Shown here: positions 18,081-26,042 of the stretch, piece after piece
How the letters are laid out: the number at the start of each line of letters is the position of its first letter
How positions within the stretch are numbered: the stretch's first letter is position 1
Source of the DNA: a virus
Direction: 5' to 3' (one strand)
DNA length: 64,000 nt
Virus record (IMG/VR): IMGVR_UViG_3300023210_000021
Coordinates: 1 to 64,000 of that record
Notes under the pieces: generated by a model
The model's input: only the letters and a program-made list of their open reading frames with translations
Told to the model about the DNA's origin: nothing
The model's database searches: none
Made by a program: the position numbers and the translations under genes

Positions 18081-19040
18081 ATGAAAAAAACAATAAAAAA
18101 AATATTAAAAGAAGAAATCAGTAACGGATATACTAGATTTGAGTTGTTAGTTTTACAGTGGATTTATAAAGAACATAAAGGTGATCTTTTTGATTTTTCT
18201 TTCACAAACTATAAACCACTATTTAGGAAAATAAAATCCAATTTTGGGTTATCCAATAAAGAGATGATAAAAATAATTACTCTTTATAAAGATAATTACA
18301 CCACTGGTGGGTTTCATATGAGAGATGATGTTATAAGAACCCCTCTAAAAAAATATGATCTTGGTTTTGTTTATGATTACAGCTCTTATCAAACTAACAG
18401 TTATGTGGTTTGGGGTGTTGATGAAGATGAGGCATTTGAATTTGCTATTGCTAGTGAGGATAGTGGTGAATTTGTGGAAAGTTTTATCGAAGGGGAAATA
18501 GAAAATAGTGTTAATAGAGGTGATCATTTTGACACCACGTTCGAAGAGATAAATGAAACTATAAAAAAAGAATTAAATCTTTTAAAAGAGGAAAGAAATA
18601 AAAAACTTACAGATAAGTTTCTAATTGTTACTTTCAAAATATTAGATAAATGGATGCAAGGTGAAGGGCATGATATTGATGAGGTTGAAACAGATGTTGG
18701 TGTTTATGAGCAAATAATTAAAGTTGTGAAAGTATCACTTGGTATTGTGGGTCAAGAAGATATTGATTTCATTGTTGCATCATTTGTTTTGAATTACATG
18801 ACTGATGGGGATTGGGATCTTTTAAAAGAAATCGGAGTTAAAGAACCACAAATAAAGAAATGGGAGTTATCAAAAACATATGGTATACGTGCTTACGTAA
18901 CCGATATCGTTAGAAATGTAGAAGGTTATTTACCATCCGAAATGATGTACGCTGAATGGGATGCTGGGTATGACTGGGATCGATATGATATGGACATCCA
19001 AGATTACTTTGATGAGGAGTTAGATATCACAGAAGTTTGA
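18081..19040 (+). CDS. Two-module hypothetical protein, each module preceded by an L-K-E-E leader
   Basis: MKKTIKKILKEE and internal INETIKKELNLLKEE; the two halves look similar. Confidence 0.8.
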   Translation: MKKTIKKILKEEISNGYTRFELLVLQWIYKEHKGDLFDFSFTNYKPLFRKIKSNFGLSNKEMIKIITLYKDNYTTGGFHMRDDVIRTPLKKYDLGFVYDYSSYQTNSYVVWGVDEDEAFEFAIASEDSGEFVESFIEGEIENSVNRGDHFDTTFEEINETIKKELNLLKEERNKKLTDKFLIVTFKILDKWMQGEGHDIDEVETDVGVYEQIIKVVKVSLGIVGQEDIDFIVASFVLNYMTDGDWDLLKEIGVKEPQIKKWELSKTYGIRAYVTDIVRNVEGYLPSEMMYAEWDAGYDWDRYDMDIQDYFDEELDITEV

Positions 19041-19972
19041 TGAAAAAATTAATTAGGAAAATATTAAAGGAAGAAGTTGATCGTTCTGACATCATTTATG
19101 ATAAGAATGGTAATGTTTTTAAAACTGTAATGAAAATTTTAGATAAGAAGTATAGAATTTATATACCCAAATATTTCAAACCTTCAATCGGAAGAGGATG
19201 GGATATCGAAGGTATTGGTGAAGGTGGTAGTCGATATGATGTTAGTGATTGGGATGTAGAAAGATTTCTTGGGAATGAATTAGGTTTTGATGACGAACAA
19301 TTGGAATTCTTATATAAAAGTTGGGTTATTATATTTCTCGATAAACATAAAGAAGAGTTAGATTTGAATGAAAATGATTTAGAATATTATGGTGTAAATG
19401 ATGCAGATCCATCCAATGATGAATATAAAATAGGTTTAAAAGAAGATATCCCAATTTATAAAGAGGTTAACCCACATAAAAAAGTATTCAGTAGATTAAA
19501 AAAACAATTCCCAAATACACCTGATTATGTCTTACAAGATTTCTTCAGAGCACAATTTATTAAATCACCTAAAAACCTATCAATGGTTATTGATCAATAT
19601 GATGGGGATCCAATTCCGGCAATGGGTAGTTATTGGCATGAGTTCTTAAATGGGCCTTGGAAATTAGAATTATTAAATGTTAATCCTGATGACTTTAGTG
19701 ATACTACATTAAACGCTTTCTTTGAAAGGGAGTTTGGTGAAGTAGATTCTTATGATGTCCCTTATGATGAAAAGAGAATGAGAGTTCAAAAAAGTTTGGC
19801 TAAAGGTAAAGGAATGAATGAACCAGTTATTATTGTAAGAGATAAGAATGGTAAATATGAGTTAATAGAAGGGTGGCATCGCACAATGTCAGCATTATTA
19901 TTGGGTGACAATGGTGAGGATTTCATTAACTGGGATAAGGTAAAAATAAGAGCCTTCATTAAAAACGCTTAG
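19040..19972 (+). CDS. Leader-bearing protein with a C-terminal ParB/Srx-like domain
   Basis: MKKLIRKILKEE. EPVIIVRDKNGKYELIEGWHRTMSA matches the ParB-N motif P(I/V)xV...Y.(L/I)I(D/E)GxHR. ATG at 19040 overlaps the upstream TGA. Confidence 0.75.
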   Translation: MKKLIRKILKEEVDRSDIIYDKNGNVFKTVMKILDKKYRIYIPKYFKPSIGRGWDIEGIGEGGSRYDVSDWDVERFLGNELGFDDEQLEFLYKSWVIIFLDKHKEELDLNENDLEYYGVNDADPSNDEYKIGLKEDIPIYKEVNPHKKVFSRLKKQFPNTPDYVLQDFFRAQFIKSPKNLSMVIDQYDGDPIPAMGSYWHEFLNGPWKLELLNVNPDDFSDTTLNAFFEREFGEVDSYDVPYDEKRMRVQKSLAKGKGMNEPVIIVRDKNGKYELIEGWHRTMSALLLGDNGEDFINWDKVKIRAFIKNA

Positions 19973-20077
19973 TGGAAAATATTTGTTGAATTCCTGCGCT
20001 TAATGGAAAATATTCACCCTTTTTTGTGGAATTCCTGCGATTAGTGGAAAATATTCGTTAAATTCCTGCGATTAGTG
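19969..20077. repeat. Tandem ~31-bp repeat, three full units plus a partial one
   Basis: TTAGTGGAAAATATTTGTTGAATTCCTGCGC / TTAATGGAAAATATTCACCCTTTTTTGTGGAATTCCTGCGA / TTAGTGGAAAATATTCGTTAAATTCCTGCGA / TTAGTG. Confidence 0.9.
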
Positions 20078-20095
20078 ACATTTTGGTTTATACAC

Positions 20096-20398
20096 CTAAG
20101 AAATAAGATTACCTTCATAATTTTCTACCACCCACTTCTGTTTTTGTTTCCCCCACATTTTGTGGATATGACCATTTTCCCTCCAATCTTCGTTGGATTG
20201 GGATTGTAAAACCTTTTTATATTTCATTGCATCTGGCTTACTATTAAAAACTTTAGGTTTAACCCTTTCTAATTCTTTTTTATCTATTGTATAAGGAATC
20301 ATACTCCACCAAACATCACCAAATGATGTGGTATCTTCATTTAAAACTAAACAAGATTTATAATCTTCATTTCTTTCTATAACAATATAATTTTTCAT
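20096..20398 (-). CDS. Hypothetical protein
   Basis: 100-aa ORF whose start overlaps the stop of 20395..20787. Confidence 0.7.
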   Translation of the reverse strand: MKNYIVIERNEDYKSCLVLNEDTTSFGDVWWSMIPYTIDKKELERVKPKVFNSKPDAMKYKKVLQSQSNEDWRENGHIHKMWGKQKQKWVVENYEGNLIS

Positions 20399-20787
20399 AA
20401 TAAATGTTTTTTTGCGTTTTCTAAATAATTCTTAATATTCTCAGCACCCACAGGGTTAGCTGAATGAACGTAATACATTGGGATATCTTTATCATTTTCC
20501 ACACAATAGTCAACCAACCACTTTGCTGCGTCATAACCAGTCTTTTCCTCTAAATTCTCATATAAAATCTCATTAGTCTGATTAATTTCAAGATAATGGT
20601 CGTATGAAAGATCATGGTCAAAAGAAATCACATCAGGTATACCTCTCTCTATTAAGGTATCAACAAACTCATTATAGCTTCTAACAATAACCCAATCAGA
20701 ATTATTTTCATAAATCGGCAAAATAGTTAATTTGAATACATCATAGGGTATTCTGACATCATCGAGAAACAAGTTATATTTTTTCAT
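20395..20787 (-). CDS. Cyclic-phosphate-processing receiver (cREC)-like protein
   Basis: LFLDDVR.P, VRSYNEF, ISFDHDL, TGYDAAKWL, VHSANPVG. Confidence 0.8.
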   Translation of the reverse strand: MKKYNLFLDDVRIPYDVFKLTILPIYENNSDWVIVRSYNEFVDTLIERGIPDVISFDHDLSYDHYLEINQTNEILYENLEEKTGYDAAKWLVDYCVENDKDIPMYYVHSANPVGAENIKNYLENAKKHLL

Positions 20788-20791
20788 ATGA

Positions 20792-20799
20792 CAAAGGTA
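20792..20799 (-). promoter_or_regulatory. sigmaA -7 element TACCTTTG
   Basis: TAnnTTTG 4 nt before the ATG at 20787. Confidence 0.65.
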
Positions 20800-20814
20800 A
20801 GTAATGTTTTTGGA

Positions 20815-21756
20815 TTATAACAAACTTTCTTTAATTTTTTTTGCTGATTGTAGTATTTTTACCACACCTTTCTTACCAATCTTCTGATAAACATCGGAAA
20901 TATCATACCCATCAGGCATCTTAACAACCATAACTCTATTGTGTAACTTACTACTATTCAGTCGTTTATATAATTTAACCGAATCTCTATAAGCATCTGA
21001 ATCTAAAACAATTACAACCTTTGCGGTTAGCTTGGTTAATAATTCTTCTAATATGTGATCATTTAAAACTTTTCCTAACAATGGAATACTATTAGGTATT
21101 GGAATGTGATCAAATACACCCTCCACTATATAAACATTACTATCCCAATTAATTTTTTCTTCGTTGAATATAATGTCCATCTTAGATACCTCTGGGTTTT
21201 TGTATTTCATTTTACTCCAACCATAACTTCTACCTAAATAATAATTTATGTCCCCATTTTTGTCATAACTTGGGACAATGATTCTACCTGCATAATCACC
21301 ATCTGTACAATACCCAAGATTAAACTTATTGATTAAGTCTAAACCAATATTCCTCTTTTTAAGGTAACCTATTGCCTTCTCATAATCATAACTACCATTG
21401 TCAGTAGATAGTGGTTTAAACTCCTTCGGTAACCCCCCTATGACAGCCTCGTTATCTTCTCTATCCTTTGCAACATATGGGTTGACAAGGTTATACCGTT
21501 TAAGGTGTCCTTTATTCCCATAATTTCTAATAAGTTTTCTGATTGTTCCATGCGTTCCATTTACTTCACCACACGACCAACATTTGTAAACACTTAATCC
21601 ATAGTTAACTTCAAGGTTACCTTTTCCATCACCAGACATCATGTTTTTTTCCATAGAACATTCAGGGCAATCAAATGAAATTTGACCCCTATCTTCATAA
21701 TGTTTCTTATGTTCACCAAGAAAATCTTCTAATATTTCTACCACCAACTCAGACAT
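20815..21756 (-). CDS. DNA primase (Zn finger plus TOPRIM)
   Basis: CPEC..CWSC, YLKKRNI, RIIVP, KYKNP, VEGVFD, LDSDA. Confidence 0.9.
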   Translation of the reverse strand: MSELVVEILEDFLGEHKKHYEDRGQISFDCPECSMEKNMMSGDGKGNLEVNYGLSVYKCWSCGEVNGTHGTIRKLIRNYGNKGHLKRYNLVNPYVAKDREDNEAVIGGLPKEFKPLSTDNGSYDYEKAIGYLKKRNIGLDLINKFNLGYCTDGDYAGRIIVPSYDKNGDINYYLGRSYGWSKMKYKNPEVSKMDIIFNEEKINWDSNVYIVEGVFDHIPIPNSIPLLGKVLNDHILEELLTKLTAKVVIVLDSDAYRDSVKLYKRLNSSKLHNRVMVVKMPDGYDISDVYQKIGKKGVVKILQSAKKIKESLL

Positions 21757-21761
21757 ATATC

Positions 21762-21769
21762 CAAATATA
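21762..21769 (-). promoter_or_regulatory. sigmaA -7 element TATATTTG
   Basis: TAnnTTTG 5 nt before the primase ATG. Confidence 0.65.
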
Positions 21770-21797
21770 GTGATAATTCTTCAAGAAAAAAAGTATC

Positions 21798-22436
21798 TTA
21801 CTCTGTTGTTGCAGGAACCCACAAACCTTCTTTATGCATACCACCTAAAACAACCGCATAACTATCTGTCATATCAAAGTTCTCTTTTTTTAACTTCATA
21901 TTCTTATCATACAACCACACAATCTGAGGTTCAATGTCACTAACCTTCTCCCATATAACCATCTTTTTATCAATGTCGAAAGGAAGTCCACCAAATAATA
22001 CTTCTTTGTTTCTATCAATCGCACCCTCAGTTAAAGGTTCACCATCTCTTTTATGTGTTCTCTTAACCATTAATTCTGGAAATGCATATTTCCTAGCGTC
22101 ATATGACGATATAAATGTAGGTACAACATTTAACACATCGTAAACCGATCTACATATCATACCATTAAACCTTAAAAGTACACCAACTGTATTTACATTA
22201 TTTGACCCAAGTAATGGTTCTTCAATAAAAACTTTGTCAATATCAAAGTCTGAATATTTTTGTAGAAATTCTTCCTCAAAAGATTGAGCTTTCCTCATTA
22301 ATAACTCTAAAGGTGTATCTGGTTTTGGTTTAATCTTTGGTGTAACGTGTGTTAACTCCAATAATCTACCATCTTCCTCAAAAAGCGCAATACCGATTGT
22401 CTTTGTTGACACATCTAAACCTAAAACTCTTCCCAT
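21798..22436 (-). CDS. RuvC-like Holliday junction resolvase
   Basis: VLGLDVSTKTIG, FIEEP and DMTDSY RNase H-fold acidic motifs. Confidence 0.82.
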   Translation of the reverse strand: MGRVLGLDVSTKTIGIALFEEDGRLLELTHVTPKIKPKPDTPLELLMRKAQSFEEEFLQKYSDFDIDKVFIEEPLLGSNNVNTVGVLLRFNGMICRSVYDVLNVVPTFISSYDARKYAFPELMVKRTHKRDGEPLTEGAIDRNKEVLFGGLPFDIDKKMVIWEKVSDIEPQIVWLYDKNMKLKKENFDMTDSYAVVLGGMHKEGLWVPATTE

Positions 22437-22470
22437 AAATTTTTCTATTTTTAAAACTTTATTTGGTTTC

Positions 22471-23778
22471 TTAAACCACTAATTGAACATCAAATATCAC
22501 AAAGTCATTTTTTGCTTTTAACACATGTCTGTCCGTTTTACCGACAGCCAATATTTCACCAGTAATATCTGTTATACCAATTTCACTTATCCTAACACTA
22601 TCCTTATCCGCATATGTTGCATTTTGAGATCTGTAAAATTCATCCCTACCAGCAATACAAACTAAATTTTGAACGAAGTTATTTTTTATACTATCTATTT
22701 CCGCTTGATATGTATCACCAGTAAAATACCAAAACCCACTTGGGTTAGCTACACTTGTTGTTATCGTATCAATCGTTGCACCAGTTGCATCATATAAACT
22801 AGTTGCAATACCACTAACTATTGTTGGGTCAGTAAAGGCGATAATCCCTTCAGCTAAATAAGCAATACCTATAATCTTATCTGCAACTAATCCAGTGGTT
22901 TCGTTGCTTTGGAAATTTATAAGTGATTTATCATTAACAGCGTATGCTTTAAATGTGTCAAATCCAGTTCCCCAACTTTTTAATACATTATTATTAGGTT
23001 TCTGTGTGTTGTCTGACATTAAAAATGAAATGTTCGACCCTAATAGGTTAGTGGTGTTAATAAACCCATCACTATATCTATTATCTTGTTGTTGTCTATT
23101 GTATTGTGAGGTATTAACATACGAACTATATATCTCATATGTTGTTAAACCTGTTTGTGTTCCACCTGTCGTTACGCCCGTATAAACTGGTAAAGTTACT
23201 TTAATTGACTTACCGTCAATTGATTCACCATATATATCATTATTAATAACACCAATTAATACATTATCAGTATTAAACCCACTAAATGCAGTATCTAACC
23301 AACCACCATCTTTAGCGACATTATTAAAAAACTTTTGTTGTGTATCTGTTATTGGTAATGATAAACTTCTAAAATAATTAGTATTATTATCTGAATTATT
23401 TGTTCTATCCAAAACCGTAAATAATAAATTAGATGTTGTTGCAGTTGTTTCACCTAACGAAACCGTTTCACTTCTAACTTGATATGAATTTTTCTCAACA
23501 CCTTTTAAATAGGCGTTAGTGTTACTCTTATATAACTTACTCTTAATTTGAATACCTGTAGAAATATTGATATTTGTTAAACCCGTTTCATCTCTATTAC
23601 CACTGGTTGATGGTATTTCACCTGTTGATAACACACCACTAGTATGGTAATTTGCATCACTATCACCAATGATAAAATGTGACAATATAGATGAAGACTC
23701 TTTTAATAGTCTTTCCCTACCTATCGATGTTAGTCTAGCTGTTACTGTTATTGTTGTTGCTGTATTGTTAAATCCCAT
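22471..23778 (-). CDS. Virion structural protein (tail/baseplate), paralog of 23790..25994
   Basis: N-terminal RLTSIGRERL..GDSDANY; C-terminal ISEIGITD..GEILAVGK; T/S/G-rich. Confidence 0.7.
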   Translation of the reverse strand: MGFNNTATTITVTARLTSIGRERLLKESSSILSHFIIGDSDANYHTSGVLSTGEIPSTSGNRDETGLTNINISTGIQIKSKLYKSNTNAYLKGVEKNSYQVRSETVSLGETTATTSNLLFTVLDRTNNSDNNTNYFRSLSLPITDTQQKFFNNVAKDGGWLDTAFSGFNTDNVLIGVINNDIYGESIDGKSIKVTLPVYTGVTTGGTQTGLTTYEIYSSYVNTSQYNRQQQDNRYSDGFINTTNLLGSNISFLMSDNTQKPNNNVLKSWGTGFDTFKAYAVNDKSLINFQSNETTGLVADKIIGIAYLAEGIIAFTDPTIVSGIATSLYDATGATIDTITTSVANPSGFWYFTGDTYQAEIDSIKNNFVQNLVCIAGRDEFYRSQNATYADKDSVRISEIGITDITGEILAVGKTDRHVLKAKNDFVIFDVQLVV

Positions 23779-23789
23779 TTCTTATATGT

Positions 23790-25994
23790 TTAAAAGTCCA
23801 TAGTTATTTCAATTGTGGCTGTACTACTATTGGCAATTTTAATTGGTCTTGACAATTTAGCAATCATTACTACATTTTGATTATTATCTAATATACCAAC
23901 CTCACTTACGAATCTATCCCCACCTGTTGTATATGTTGGGTTACTACTACTTCCAAACTCCGCTCCATCTATATTAACACTAAATAATGTTTTATAAACA
24001 GTAGCACCAATGTAAGTTCTAAGGTTACCAAAGAATAATCTTTCATCACCAAAGTTCATTTTATTGTAAAATGTTCCTTGTGGTAAATCTATAAAACTAC
24101 CTAAGTTAAATGTGGTTGCCCCAGTGTAGGTTGATCCTTCCAATATAAACCCAGTTATTGTTGAGTTTTGATTTTGTAACAATAATGGATCAATTGTTTC
24201 CCCACTATTTGTTGTGATATTTGTTGACGTGAAGTCTATCTCTCTCCATAATTTAGGGTCTGGTCTATCAGTAAGTTTAGGATCAACAACTTGCGCCAAT
24301 ACTTTAAATTCATTAGCGTAGAATCCTTTTCCATCATAACCAACAGATTCTACCTTTCTCATATATGGTAGTTGATCCACATTAGCTAACCTAAACTGAA
24401 CATCTTTATCTGATGCGGTTTGATTATCTAAAACACTGTACCTCTGACAAGGTAATGTATTTGTTACCCCTGAATTAGCTGACATATAGTATGTAAGGTA
24501 TATTCTTTCACCAGCTTTTAATGTACCAGTACACTCTCCATTTACTGGTGATGTTAATTCTGACTTTAAATCTGGTAAAGTCCAATTTCTGTTTGACTTA
24601 TATGACATCGCAGCTAATAGTTCTTCATTATCAACAACAACAATCTTTTCGTTAGGGAATACTTTACCAACAGCCAATGGGGTACTAGGTGTAACCGACA
24701 TTCCACTATATTCAATTAAATCGTAATATACTATATTTGTATTTTCTAAAGTCTTTTCCGTTGTGTCAGATAAAAATCTCATACCCATTGTTGTCCCACT
24801 AGCTGTTCCAACATCATTTTTTCTATGCCACATTACTGGAATATCTAAATTTAATAGTTTTCCTGATTCCCCATCAATGTGGAAAAATTCACCATAGAAA
24901 TTAGAGATACAACTATTAGTGTAATGTATTATCGATATACCTTTTTGGAATGGGTCAATGTAACTAGACGCAGATTCTTTAAGTGCTTGTGTTACTTCTG
25001 GTGTATTTTTGTAATTTAAAAGTAATTTCGTTCCTACGAATTCTTCTGACCCAAACAATTGGTGATCATGATAATAATCTGTTGTGTCTTTAAACTGACC
25101 CGCCATATTCTCACACCAAGGATTGTTCATATTCCAAACAGGAATATTATCCACACATATGTCACAACTACTATCAAACGATAAAGTACCTGTGTGCCAA
25201 TATGATGTTAATGAGCTTTCCCCATAATAATCATCTGCTGGGTCATTACCACCAGGGATTACATAATAACTAATAATCGTTCCACTATCAGCGGTAAAGT
25301 TAGGTAATGCTCTATCCACATTAACTGTTGACCCACTATCTTCTAAATTAGTAATCATATAGTATTGTGACATTGAAGGTGTTGTCTCCGTTGTTGTTCC
25401 CGTAAGGTTACCTAATGTAGAATTACTTAAATTTAAAACCATTATATCATTAACACTAGACGCTGTTAAAGGTGTAGATAATCTTAACACCCCTTTTGTA
25501 AAGGTTGTGGTATCGGTTTCACCACTAAACGCAGATAAATCAATAGACCCACTCTCTTTAATAAATTGTGTTGTTGTTTGTGCTGTCAAACCTAATGATG
25601 CGGTTGACCCTGAGAAAAATCCTCTGTCATCAGCTTTATTACTAATAATACCTTTTACTAATTTAACATTACTTTCACCACCAAATTGTTGTATAAAGCT
25701 CCCTTCAGTACCCAATAAAAATGATTTTGGGTAATATTGTTTATCTTTAGGTCTTAATACCGCAGAGTAATTAACCTCTGTTCCACCAGTATTAATATTA
25801 AAAAAGAATTGTCCTGTTGTCGCACTACTACTAGGTACGAAATCTTTCCAACCCTTAACATAACTATAATCCACTTCTGAATCACCCGCTACCCAAGAGT
25901 TAAACGTTAATTGACCTTTGGCAAGTAACTCCCTACCTATATCGGTAAGTTTTGTCCTTACTAATGCTGTTCTGTGTTTATTTATGTAACTCAT
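23790..25994 (-). CDS. Virion structural protein (tail/baseplate)
   Basis: N-terminal KLTDIGRELLAKG..GDSEVDY; C-terminal VSEVGILD...MIAKLSRP. TATTTATA at 26017-26024. Confidence 0.7.
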   Translation of the reverse strand: MSYINKHRTALVRTKLTDIGRELLAKGQLTFNSWVAGDSEVDYSYVKGWKDFVPSSSATTGQFFFNINTGGTEVNYSAVLRPKDKQYYPKSFLLGTEGSFIQQFGGESNVKLVKGIISNKADDRGFFSGSTASLGLTAQTTTQFIKESGSIDLSAFSGETDTTTFTKGVLRLSTPLTASSVNDIMVLNLSNSTLGNLTGTTTETTPSMSQYYMITNLEDSGSTVNVDRALPNFTADSGTIISYYVIPGGNDPADDYYGESSLTSYWHTGTLSFDSSCDICVDNIPVWNMNNPWCENMAGQFKDTTDYYHDHQLFGSEEFVGTKLLLNYKNTPEVTQALKESASSYIDPFQKGISIIHYTNSCISNFYGEFFHIDGESGKLLNLDIPVMWHRKNDVGTASGTTMGMRFLSDTTEKTLENTNIVYYDLIEYSGMSVTPSTPLAVGKVFPNEKIVVVDNEELLAAMSYKSNRNWTLPDLKSELTSPVNGECTGTLKAGERIYLTYYMSANSGVTNTLPCQRYSVLDNQTASDKDVQFRLANVDQLPYMRKVESVGYDGKGFYANEFKVLAQVVDPKLTDRPDPKLWREIDFTSTNITTNSGETIDPLLLQNQNSTITGFILEGSTYTGATTFNLGSFIDLPQGTFYNKMNFGDERLFFGNLRTYIGATVYKTLFSVNIDGAEFGSSSNPTYTTGGDRFVSEVGILDNNQNVVMIAKLSRPIKIANSSTATIEITMDF

Positions 25995-26042
25995 TATCTA
26001 ATGTCTATTATTTTATTATAAATATACTCAATGTAAATATTA

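Noticed and set aside
19969-20077. CRISPR mini-array
   Set aside because: The variable parts are only 5-15 nt, there are only three units, and no cas genes are present. The nearby PD-(D/E)XK nuclease lacks the Cas4 Fe-S cysteine cluster.
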